A stretch of 64,000 nucleotides of DNA from Acidobacteriota bacterium. Lineage in GTDB: Bacteria > Acidobacteriota > Terriglobia > Bryobacterales > Bryobacteraceae. A program made the translations under genes and the position numbers. Below the pieces are notes generated by a model. It worked only from the letters and a program-made list of their open reading frames with translations, made no database searches and was not told the origin of the DNA. The stretch is taken from contig JANXSF010000020.1 of the NCBI GenBank assembly GCA_025352795.1, positions 130,879 through 194,878 of the forward strand. Reading direction: 5' to 3'. Positions within the stretch are counted from its first letter, which is position 1, and each line of letters starts with the position of its first letter. Below are positions 45,960-54,071 of the stretch, piece after piece.

Positions 45960-47727
45960 CATGGCTCTTCGTTTTTTCATTCTCTTGCTTCTACTGGCAA
46001 CTCTTTCTCCGGCTGACCCGCCAACCATGTTTCCACCGGTTCGCGGCACTCGGGAAATGGTGGGTGCCGCCAATAATTTTGAGGTCGAAGCAGGTTTCCG
46101 GCTTCTCACTGCAGGTGGAAATGCGGTCGATGCAGGTGTGGCTGCGGCGCTTACTGCCGCCGTCACCGAACAGGCACGCTTCGGCTTAGGTGGAGAAATG
46201 CCACTGATCATCAAGATGACCGGTCAACCTGCCACCATCGTCAGCGGCGTAGGAACAGCCCCAGCAAAAGCAACGGTAGCTTTTTATCAGGCCAGAGGCC
46301 CGGAAAGCTGGGAGGATTCAGCAAAGATGCCGCCCATACCAGGCCAGGGAATCAAGGCGGCGATTTTACCAGGTGCCTTCGACGGCCTGATGCTCGCCCT
46401 ACAAACACACGGCACAAAGTCTTTCGCTGAAGTGGCCAAGCCTGCCATTGAATACGCCGAAGGATTTCCAGTAGGAGAAGAGTTTTCAGGATTCGTAAAG
46501 AACTTCCGCGGTCTACTCGACCTATGGCCTACTTCGGCCAAATTTTTCATGCCCGACGGAACGCCACCGGCATTGGGGTCAGTTTACCGATTACCCGATC
46601 TGGCTAGAACATTGCGCGAACTGGTTGCTGCGGAAAAGAAGCAGCGTGGCAATCGAGCTCGGAAGATCCAAGCCGTTCGCGATTATTTTTATCGGGGTCC
46701 CATCGGCAAACGGATTGCAGCCTTTTCTGAAGCCAACGGCGGGCTAATTTCGGCCCAGGATTTAGCCGGTTTCAAAGCCGAGTTTGACACCCCTAGAAGT
46801 TCCCTCTTCCATGGCTATGAAGTGGTCAAGCCGGGATTTTGGACGCAGGGTCCGGTAATGATTCAGGCTCTGAATATCCTGGAAGGTTACGACCTGAAAG
46901 CTATGGGACATAACAGCCCGCAATACCTTCATACCTTGGTTGAAGCCGTGAAACTGGCCTTTGCCGATCGCGATCGTTACTACGGCGACCCCAAGTTTTC
47001 TAAAATTCCTGAAGAAACATTGCTGTCCAAGGAATATGCCGCTGAGCGCCGCAAGCAGATTGATCCGGCAATTGCCAGCATGGATCACCGCCCAGGCACA
47101 TTCGGCAAACTGATTTCGTTGAACAGCATGGGAACAGCATCCAGCAATGTTCACGACACAACTTGCGTGAACGTTGTCGACCATTGGGGAAACGTGTTTT
47201 CAGCTACACCTTCCGGAGCCTGGCTGCCTTCGGTCATTGCTGGGGATACCGGCATCCCCTTGAGTACCCGCTTGCAGAGCTTTGTAGTGACGCCAGGGCA
47301 CGCCAACCAGTTAGCCCCGGGTAAACGTCCCAGAGTAACCCTCAGCCCCACTATGGTCCTGAAAGATGGCAAGCCGTTCTTGGCGATGTCCACCCCTGGT
47401 GGGGATAATCAGGATCAAGCCATGTTGCAGGTCTTACTGAACATTGTGATCTTCAATATGAATCCGCAGGAAGCAGTGGAATCGCCGCGCTTTCAGACGG
47501 AGCATTTCTACAGCTCCTTCGCCAATCACGAATTCGTGCCAGGGCGGCTGAACATAGAAGGACGCATGGCCAAAGCCAGCATTGAAGGTCTGCGAACGCT
47601 TGGACACAAGGTGAATGTCACCACCGATTGGTCAAACGGATCGGCCCCAACGGTGATCAAAATCAGCAATGGAGTTTTGGATGGGGCAGCCGACCCACGC
47701 CGGGCACGGTTCATTTTCGGCAGGTAG
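45952..47727 (+). CDS. ggt: gamma-glutamyltransferase
   Basis: Signal peptide, NAVDAGVAAALT, autoprocessing Thr in HDTTCVNVVD, GGDNQDQ. The start may be ATG 45961 rather than 45952. Confidence 0.9.
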   Translation: MLNMALRFFILLLLLATLSPADPPTMFPPVRGTREMVGAANNFEVEAGFRLLTAGGNAVDAGVAAALTAAVTEQARFGLGGEMPLIIKMTGQPATIVSGVGTAPAKATVAFYQARGPESWEDSAKMPPIPGQGIKAAILPGAFDGLMLALQTHGTKSFAEVAKPAIEYAEGFPVGEEFSGFVKNFRGLLDLWPTSAKFFMPDGTPPALGSVYRLPDLARTLRELVAAEKKQRGNRARKIQAVRDYFYRGPIGKRIAAFSEANGGLISAQDLAGFKAEFDTPRSSLFHGYEVVKPGFWTQGPVMIQALNILEGYDLKAMGHNSPQYLHTLVEAVKLAFADRDRYYGDPKFSKIPEETLLSKEYAAERRKQIDPAIASMDHRPGTFGKLISLNSMGTASSNVHDTTCVNVVDHWGNVFSATPSGAWLPSVIAGDTGIPLSTRLQSFVVTPGHANQLAPGKRPRVTLSPTMVLKDGKPFLAMSTPGGDNQDQAMLQVLLNIVIFNMNPQEAVESPRFQTEHFYSSFANHEFVPGRLNIEGRMAKASIEGLRTLGHKVNVTTDWSNGSAPTVIKISNGVLDGAADPRRARFIFGR

Positions 47728-47732
47728 TCGGC

Positions 47733-48533
47733 TTACAGCACGTCCGCAAAGCCACGCTTGACGTGACGAAAGAATAGTCCACCAGCGATGAAAATCACTG
47801 TTGCGTAAAGTGTGGCAATGCCCAGATCGTCCCAGTGGGGCATGTTTTCTGACAGCAATCGTTCGCGGTAAGCCCGCACCAGATAAGTGAGCGGGTTATA
47901 GCGGATGATGAAACTCAGCTTTCGCGGAACCTGCTCTTCGGCAATGAAGATGGGGGTCATCCATAGCATGAAGTTCAGCCAAACCATTACTGCCTGTGCG
48001 GTATCGCGAAGGTACACCTGCAATGCCGATGTGACCCAGGCAATCCCAATGGCAATGCCGCCCACCAGCAGTGCGTAAATCGGCAACAGCAGCACCAGCG
48101 GATGCAGGTGATGGTCCCAAATTCCGATCACAACAATGGTCAAGGCCACGGCCATTCCATGATGGATCAGTGAGGAAAGAAACACGGCAATGGGCAGTAT
48201 CTCCGATGGAAATACGGTCTTGGTGATCAGGTTGGCGTTGTCCACCAACGTCCCCGTGCCACGCTGTACGGTTTCCTGAAAAAGCATCCAGGGAAGATAG
48301 CCGGACAAAAGAAAAAGCGTGTAGTTATCGGTGAGCCCATTGGCGGGCATAGTAGTTTTCAAGCAGTATTGAAAAACAAAGGTCCAACTGGCAATTTGGA
48401 AGATAGGCTGAATGAGTCCCCACAACCACCCGGCGGCGGAACCCACGTAGCGTTGTTCAAAGTCACGCCGGACAAGTTCCAACAGCAGATTACGACGATG
48501 AATCAGATTGTAGAAAAATTGAGCGCCAACCAC
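47733..48533 (-). CDS. ABC-2 type transporter permease (Wzm/TagG/KpsM-like)
   Basis: LVRRDFEQRYVGSAAGWLWGLIQP N-terminal signature, six hydrophobic segments, GTG start. Confidence 0.8.
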   Translation of the reverse strand: MVGAQFFYNLIHRRNLLLELVRRDFEQRYVGSAAGWLWGLIQPIFQIASWTFVFQYCLKTTMPANGLTDNYTLFLLSGYLPWMLFQETVQRGTGTLVDNANLITKTVFPSEILPIAVFLSSLIHHGMAVALTIVVIGIWDHHLHPLVLLLPIYALLVGGIAIGIAWVTSALQVYLRDTAQAVMVWLNFMLWMTPIFIAEEQVPRKLSFIIRYNPLTYLVRAYRERLLSENMPHWDDLGIATLYATVIFIAGGLFFRHVKRGFADVL

Positions 48534-48618
48534 ATTCCAGTGTAACTTCTAAGGCTTGGTTGACGGGTGTGTACTTAGCCACTAAGCGTATTAAATAAAT
48601 ATTTCTTAAATAAAAGAC

Positions 48619-48650
48619 TTGCACCCTGTACCAAGATACGGACCTATACT
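48619..48650 (+). promoter_or_regulatory. candidate MerR-type promoter/operator with over-long spacer
   Basis: TTGCAC (48619-48624), a 20-nt spacer containing the imperfect dyad CTGTACC-AAGA-TACGG, then TATACT (48645-48650). The merR ATG is at 48657, only 6 nt after the -10. Confidence 0.4.
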
Positions 48651-48656
48651 CGGAAC

Positions 48657-49067
48657 ATGGAAGGACTCAAAACGGCCCAACTGGCAAGTCAAGGAGGCGT
48701 CAATGTTGAGACGATACGTTATTACGAACGCCATGGTTTATTGGCGAAACCACCACGCACGGCGTCTGGTTACAGGTTGTTCTCTGCAGAAGCGGTCACT
48801 CGTCTTCGCTTCATAAAACGATCTCAGGAGTTGGGTTTTTCGTTGAATGAGATCAAAGAACTGCTTAGCTTACGAGTGAAGCCTGGAGGTAGCTGTGTAG
48901 ATGTATTGCGGAAGGCAGAATCGAAAATTATCGACCTCGATGAAAAAATAAGCCATCTTCAGGAAATCAGAAAGGCTCTTGTGGAACTGACCAACGCCTG
49001 CAGTGGGCAAGGGCCGGTGAGTAGTTGCTCGATTATCAAAATATTGAACACTGGAAAAACTTCATGA
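48657..49067 (+). CDS. merR: MerR family Hg(II)-responsive transcriptional regulator
   Basis: HTH VNVETIRYYERHGLL. Three Cys at positions 80, 115 and 124 give spacings of 35 and 9, identical to Cys82/117/126 of Tn501/Tn21 MerR. Confidence 0.88.
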   Translation: MEGLKTAQLASQGGVNVETIRYYERHGLLAKPPRTASGYRLFSAEAVTRLRFIKRSQELGFSLNEIKELLSLRVKPGGSCVDVLRKAESKIIDLDEKISHLQEIRKALVELTNACSGQGPVSSCSIIKILNTGKTS

Positions 49068-49528
49068 CACTCACCTTCAGACGAATGCTTCTCGCGATGC
49101 CTGGAATCGGGGTCGCGATGCTGCCAAAGCTGCTTTGTCCCTTATGCTGGCCAATGTACGCCGGAATCGTGTCGTCTATCGGACTCGGTTTTCTAATTGG
49201 CACAACCTACTTGTTGCCAATCACCGGTGCATTTCTCACTTTAACGCTTGCCGTCCTGGGGTTTCAAGCAAGGCGACGGCGTGGCTTAGGTCCGTTCCTG
49301 ATCGGACTCGTCGCCGCTGCCATGGTCCTGATGGGTAAGTTCAATTTGGAATCGAATTCACTGGTGTATGGCGGTGTGTTCCTTCTTGTGGTGACTTCTA
49401 TTTGGAACGCCTGGCCCCGCCCAACGAATACAACCGTGTGTCCAAACTGCACTCCAAACACCACGGTTCAAATCACTGGAGTGCATAAAAAAGGGGATGT
49501 TAACTATGAACAACAAACGGAACATTGA
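49064..49528 (+). CDS. merC: MerC-like mercuric ion transport membrane protein
   Basis: ATG overlaps the merR stop (ATGA). Four hydrophobic segments. CPLCWP in TM1 followed by SSIGLGFL. C-terminal CPNC pair. Family assignment is from memory of the MerC pattern and needs an HMM check. Confidence 0.65.
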   Translation: MTLTFRRMLLAMPGIGVAMLPKLLCPLCWPMYAGIVSSIGLGFLIGTTYLLPITGAFLTLTLAVLGFQARRRRGLGPFLIGLVAAAMVLMGKFNLESNSLVYGGVFLLVVTSIWNAWPRPTNTTVCPNCTPNTTVQITGVHKKGDVNYEQQTEH

Positions 49529-49772
49529 AATATTCAGTGCCGGATGTGGCTGTTGTGAGGAGACGATCCAACTGGTGAAAAGCATTGCCTGTCCTTCGTG
49601 CATCATTACCGTGCTTGATATGAAAAATCTTCACGTCGCGGAACGGGCCAAGAGTCTTGGTGTGCGGAGCGTTCCGGCAGTCGTAATTGATGGCGAACTT
49701 GCCAATTGCTGCACGGGGCGTGGTCCAGTAGAGGCCACGCTTCGTAAGGCTGGTTTAGGTGTTTCTCTTTGA
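49506..49772 (+). CDS. thioredoxin-fold small protein (redox-active-disulfide-protein-2-like)
   Basis: IEIFSAGCGCCEE near the N-terminus and GV.SVPAVVIDGE later. The start at 49506 has AAGGGGA 8 nt upstream. Confidence 0.6.
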   Translation: MNNKRNIEIFSAGCGCCEETIQLVKSIACPSCIITVLDMKNLHVAERAKSLGVRSVPAVVIDGELANCCTGRGPVEATLRKAGLGVSL

Positions 49773-50083
49773 AAATTGAAGTCTTTTACATTGACGGGTG
49801 CCCTAACCACGCACCCACCGTCGAGCGAATCAAGGCAATGCTCCAGGATTTAGAAGTAGCCGGAGAATTGGTGGAGTCGGTAGTCGATGATTCGGCAACT
49901 GTAGCAGCGCTCCGATTTCTAGGCTCTCCGACCGTCCAGATCAACGGTATTGACGTGGAGCCGTCGGCACGAACTTCAAACCAGTTTGGATACATGTGCC
50001 GAACATATGCCAATGGCCCATCCCAGGAAGGGATTCCGTCACGCCAACTGATCCGCGCAGCCATGATGGAGGCGTGTAAATGA
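49769..50083 (+). CDS. small thioredoxin-fold-like protein (CPNH motif)
   Basis: MKIEVFYIDGCPNHAPT... and GSPTVQINGIDVEP resemble a glutaredoxin/thioredoxin-like fold. The TTG start overlaps the preceding stop (TTGA). Confidence 0.45.
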   Translation: MKIEVFYIDGCPNHAPTVERIKAMLQDLEVAGELVESVVDDSATVAALRFLGSPTVQINGIDVEPSARTSNQFGYMCRTYANGPSQEGIPSRQLIRAAMMEACK

Positions 50084-50542
50084 AGGCAGAATCCGTTTCG
50101 GTCCGCTATTAGCCTCATCGCATGAGTCGCCCTTTTTTGGTTAGGCTATTTATCTGCATTCCCACAGCGGTGGCTTGATCGGCCAGCGACTGCCAAAGTG
50201 TCGCGTTCCCGATCACGGCACCCAGAGGATGATTGGGGAGTTCATCCTGGAAACGGTAGTCTAACAGGGAGGCGGAGCACTTAATTTAACGATCCTTCCC
50301 AGTATTCGTTCCAACTATCCTGGGTGAACATATATCCAGCGCAAAGCTGGCGCCTTCCCATCATGATTCCGTCATCAATGGTTTGGGCGTGCAGGGTTGT
50401 GCAAAGCAGCAGGAGCGAATAAGGAACAAGTCGTTTCGGCATAAAGAGCGCTGCCAGAACCGCGAACGGCGCTAGGCAACATCAAATTATTGAAACATTG
50501 GGGGAAGTGAATGGGCAATAGTAGAAAACAACTAGAGGAAGG

Positions 50543-50878
50543 TTAGTTGACAAGCGGGAACCTGCCCCGCAGTGCTGCTTCGTTCCCTTCTAACTCTACA
50601 AAGCGCTTGCTGTTGCTTTGGGCGAAGCTGTAGAACGCTTTCAGCACCTCTGTTTGTGAGTCTCGCAAGACTTCTTTCAGATCGTCAGCGATGTGATGCA
50701 TTTCGGATTGCAACATATCAAGTTTAGTCTGCACACTAGCCTCAAGGGATTGCATATCAGACTTCAATTCTGATTTCATGGATTGCAAGTCAGACTTCAC
50801 CAATTGCAAATCAGATTTCGTAGCAGGATCTTGGGGGTTGCCTTCGAACATAACTAATCTTACTTCGTTCCACATCAA
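50543..50878 (-). CDS. hypothetical coiled-coil protein with KSDLQ-type repeats
   Basis: TKSDLQLVKSDLQSMKSELKSDMQSLE tandem heptad-like repeats. The ORF starts 14 nt downstream of the tRNA-Lys 3' end on the same strand. Start codon uncertain (TTG 50878, ATG 50875 or ATG 50851). Confidence 0.45.
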   Translation of the reverse strand: MMWNEVRLVMFEGNPQDPATKSDLQLVKSDLQSMKSELKSDMQSLEASVQTKLDMLQSEMHHIADDLKEVLRDSQTEVLKAFYSFAQSNSKRFVELEGNEAALRGRFPLVN

Positions 50879-50892
50879 AATGTTAAGTTAAA

Positions 50893-50968
50893 TGGTGAGC
50901 CGGGCGGGGCTCGAACCCGCGACCACCGCATTAAAAGTGCGATGCTCTACCAACTGAGCTACCGGCTC
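50893..50968 (-). tRNA. tRNA-Lys (anticodon UUU), CCA encoded
   Basis: Hand-folded cloverleaf: acceptor GAGCCGG/CCGGCTC, D stem GCTC/GAGC, anticodon stem UCGCA/UGCGG with loop CUUUUAA, T stem GCGGG/CCCGC with loop TTCGAGC, discriminator A plus CCA. 76 nt. Confidence 0.95.
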
Positions 50969-51075
50969 GCAAATTGGGGCAACGTTTTTACGTGCCCTAA
51001 ACTGGCGTGATTTTCATTTTAGCATGATAGGCGTCCATCACCAATTTTTGCAGCCCTATCCTTGCACAAATGCAC

Positions 51076-51113
51076 AAAAGAAAAGGCTGGGCAGGCACTG
51101 TTGCCTCCCAGCC
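51076..51113 (-). terminator. rho-independent terminator of ahcY
   Basis: The minus strand reads GGCTGGGAGGCA-ACAG-TGCCTGCCCAGCC (one bulge) followed by TTTTCTTTTG, 20 nt after the ahcY stop. Confidence 0.7.
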
Positions 51114-51132
51114 TTGTCCAAACATCACATGC

Positions 51133-52554
51133 TTAGTAACGATAGCTGTCGGGCTTGTACGGACCTTCCACCGGAACTCCGATGTAATCCGCCTGAGCCT
51201 GGGTCAGGGTTGTCAGTTTGACACCAATCTTTTCCAGGTGCAAACGGGCCACTTCTTCATCCAAAGCCTTGGAAAGAGTGTAGACTCCCACTTTATAGGT
51301 GTCCTTGTTTTTCCACAAATCCAACTGCGCCAAAGTTTGATTGGCGAAGCTGGCCGACATCACGAAGCTGGGGTGGCCTGTGGCGCAACCAAGATTCACC
51401 AAACGCCCTTCTGCCAACATGAAAATGCTGTTGCCGCCGGGGAAGCTGTACTTATCCACCTGTGGTTTGATATTCGTCCGCTTCACACCTGCTGTTGTAT
51501 TCAGGCGTTCCACTTGGATTTCGTTATCGAAATGACCGATATTACAAACAATGGCCTGATCCTTCATGTGCGCCATATGGTCGAAAGTGATAATGTCCAC
51601 GTTGCCTGTTGTGGTTACGTAAATGTCACCACGTCCCAACGTGTCTTCCAGGGTAGTAACTTCGTAGCCTTCCATTGCGGCTTGCAATGCATTGATGGGA
51701 TCAATTTCCGTGATGATCACGCGAGCACCCATACCACGCAATGACTGGGCCGAACCCTTGCCGACATCGCCGTATCCGCAGACCACAGCAATCTTGCCTG
51801 CCAACATTACATCGGTGGCGCGCTTGATTCCATCGGCCAAAGATTCGCGGCAACCATACAAGTTATCGAACTTTGATTTGGTGACCGAATCGTTAACGTT
51901 GATTGCTGGGACCAGCAACTTACCGTCCTGCTGCATTTTGTACAAGCGATGAACGCCAGTTGTGGTTTCTTCAGAAACTCCCCGCCATGCTTTGACCAAA
52001 CCGGTCCACATAGTTGGCTTGCTGGCATGAACTTTCTTGAGAAGGTTCTTGATCACCGACTCTTCATGACTGTCCGATGGGCTGTTCACCCAATCGCTGC
52101 CCTGTTCCAGTTCGTAGCCCTTGTGAAGCAACAAAGTGACATCGCCACCGTCATCCACAACCAGTTCAGGACCTTTGCCATCGGGGTGGCAGACAGCCTC
52201 TAGCGTGCAATCCCAGTACTCTTCCAGGGATTCACCCTTCCAGGCAAATACCGGAACACCGGTTGCAGCAATGGCGGCAGCGGCATGATCCTGGGTTGAA
52301 AAAATATTGCAACTGGCCCAGCGTACGCTGGCTCCCAGGTCGACAAGCGTTTCAATAAGAACCGCAGTCTGAATTGTCATGTGGAGGGATCCGGTGATCC
52401 TGACTCCCGCCAACGGTTTGGATGCCGCATGTTTTTTGCGAATGCTCATCAAACCGGGCATTTCTTCTTCGGCGATGGAAATTTCTTTCCGTCCCCAGTC
52501 TGCCAATGCGATGTCGGCGACCTTAAAATCTGATGTCATGGTAGCTGTACTCAT
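51133..52554 (-). CDS. ahcY: adenosylhomocysteinase
   Basis: [33 protein letters not shown] motif [14 protein letters not shown]. 473 aa. Confidence 0.95.
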   Translation of the reverse strand: MSTATMTSDFKVADIALADWGRKEISIAEEEMPGLMSIRKKHAASKPLAGVRITGSLHMTIQTAVLIETLVDLGASVRWASCNIFSTQDHAAAAIAATGVPVFAWKGESLEEYWDCTLEAVCHPDGKGPELVVDDGGDVTLLLHKGYELEQGSDWVNSPSDSHEESVIKNLLKKVHASKPTMWTGLVKAWRGVSEETTTGVHRLYKMQQDGKLLVPAINVNDSVTKSKFDNLYGCRESLADGIKRATDVMLAGKIAVVCGYGDVGKGSAQSLRGMGARVIITEIDPINALQAAMEGYEVTTLEDTLGRGDIYVTTTGNVDIITFDHMAHMKDQAIVCNIGHFDNEIQVERLNTTAGVKRTNIKPQVDKYSFPGGNSIFMLAEGRLVNLGCATGHPSFVMSASFANQTLAQLDLWKNKDTYKVGVYTLSKALDEEVARLHLEKIGVKLTTLTQAQADYIGVPVEGPYKPDSYRY

Positions 52555-52613
52555 ATTTGTTGATATGACTCCTATTTTACCTCAACTGACGCATTTTAAT
52601 TGTATCGAGTCAG

Positions 52614-54071
52614 TTATAGGCTTCGTTTCTTAATTTCAATACTCAAACGCTTGATCTTTTGATTCAGAGTGGAGAGGGGAATGTGAAGCCGCTCGGCCGC
52701 CTCAGTCTGACTATAGCTGACTTCGTCCAGAACTTGAAGGATTTTCGCTCGCTCAAAATCGGCCACCATCTCATATAGGGATGCATCCGATGGAAGATTC
52801 CCGCTGGAATCGTGACGAATGCGCATTCCTCCGGCTTGCAAAAGTGTCTCCGGCAAAGCAGTCGCAGGCACTACGGAACTGGTCGCCAGAACCACGGCAC
52901 GCTCCACTGCATTTTCCAACTCTCGCACATTTCCCGGCCAGGCGTGTTCCATCATCAGGTGCAATGCTTCCGGTTCAAACTGAAGCATGCTTCGACCTTG
53001 AGGGTCCAGAAACTTGTCGTTTTCCTTGCAATACCTGCTGAAGAAGTGCTCAATCAACGGAGGAATGTCTTCCTTGCGATCGCGCAACGGCGGCAGTTGC
53101 ACGTTGATCACATTCAGCCGGTAATACAGATCCTCGCGAAATCGGCCTTCCTCAACCAGGCGTTTCAGCTCGGAATTGGTAGCCGCCAAAATACGAACAT
53201 CCACCCGAATGGTTTCCGTGGACCCCAGCGGCATGAATTCGCGTTCTTGAATTACCCGCAGAAGCTTGGCCTGCGTCTCCAAACTCACAGTTCCGATTTC
53301 GTCAAAGAAAATCGTCCCATGATTGGCCGTTTCAAAGCAGCCCTTATGTGTGGAAACAGCGCCCGTAAAGGCGCCCTTAGCATGTCCAAATAGTACCGAT
53401 TCCAATAGTTCCGCCGGTAGCGATCCGCTATTGACGGCAATGAATGGATGATCCACACGTGGGGAATTCGTATGGATGGCTTTGGCAATCAACTCCTTGC
53501 CTGTGCCCGTTTCGCCTGTAATCAGAATGGTGGTGCGGCTGGGCGCAATCTGCGTCACCAGATCCAGAATCCGCAACATACGGTCACTTTTGCCGACGAT
53601 GTTGGGGAAGCTATAGCGCTGCTTTAGCGCCCGTTTCAACTCACGATTTTCATGCTCCAGGTGGCTCTTGCTGATCTGCCTGTCAATTTCAATCAGCAGC
53701 TTTTCGTTGTCCCATGGCTTTGAAAAATAATCGTTGGCCCCATTCTTCAGTGCCTGCACGGCAACTTCCAGAGAGCCGTAGGCGGTAATCAAGAAGACTG
53801 GGGTGACGGTGTCCCGCTGACGAAACTCCGCCAGAAAGTCGATGCCTGATTTATCGGGCAACATCAGGTCCAACAGCACTAAATCAAAAGAAGTCGTTTC
53901 CAGACGGGCCAACCCTTCGTTCGCTGTAACTGCCTGATCGACACGGTAATTTTCCAGAGTTAAAAGGGTTTCCAAACCCTCACGAATATCTTCTTCGTCG
54001 TCCACAATTAAGATGCGGGCACGGGGAACATTGCTGTGGCTGGAGTTGGGGTCGGAAGTGGGCTCAGGCAT
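52614..54071 (-). CDS. sigma-54-dependent response regulator (NtrC family)
   Basis: Receiver domain (ILIVDDEE...LVLLDLMLPD), AAA+ GETGTGKELIAKAIH, GAFTGA, ESELFGH-like ESVLFGH, C-terminal Fis-type HTH. Confidence 0.92.
   Translation of the reverse strand: MPEPTSDPNSSHSNVPRARILIVDDEEDIREGLETLLTLENYRVDQAVTANEGLARLETTSFDLVLLDLMLPDKSGIDFLAEFRQRDTVTPVFLITAYGSLEVAVQALKNGANDYFSKPWDNEKLLIEIDRQISKSHLEHENRELKRALKQRYSFPNIVGKSDRMLRILDLVTQIAPSRTTILITGETGTGKELIAKAIHTNSPRVDHPFIAVNSGSLPAELLESVLFGHAKGAFTGAVSTHKGCFETANHGTIFFDEIGTVSLETQAKLLRVIQEREFMPLGSTETIRVDVRILAATNSELKRLVEEGRFREDLYYRLNVINVQLPPLRDRKEDIPPLIEHFFSRYCKENDKFLDPQGRSMLQFEPEALHLMMEHAWPGNVRELENAVERAVVLATSSVVPATALPETLLQAGGMRIRHDSSGNLPSDASLYEMVADFERAKILQVLDEVSYSQTEAAERLHIPLSTLNQKIKRLSIEIKKRSL

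Noticed and set aside
45501-46214. 237-aa minus-strand ORF
   Set aside because: It is antisense to the well-supported trmH-like and ggt genes. Its composition is Arg/Ser/Ala-rich with no motif, which is typical of a shadow ORF in GC-rich DNA.
48534-48620. attL-type duplicate of the tRNA-Lys 3' end marking the far edge of a genomic island
   Set aside because: No convincing match to TGGTGAGCCGGGCGGGGCTCGAACC was seen here, and no integrase gene is present. The island idea is kept only as a low-confidence inference.
50084-50140. Terminator after the last mer-like gene
   Set aside because: The stem is only 5 bp (CTCAT/ATGAG) and separated from the T-run by TCGCCC. This is too weak to call.
51070-51744. 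224-aa plus-strand ORF
   Set aside because: It is antisense to ahcY, whose identity is unambiguous.
52555-52613. Possible SAH riboswitch upstream of ahcY
   Set aside because: Only 59 nt separate ahcY from the upstream stop codon. No pseudoknot-forming GC-rich structure is visible.
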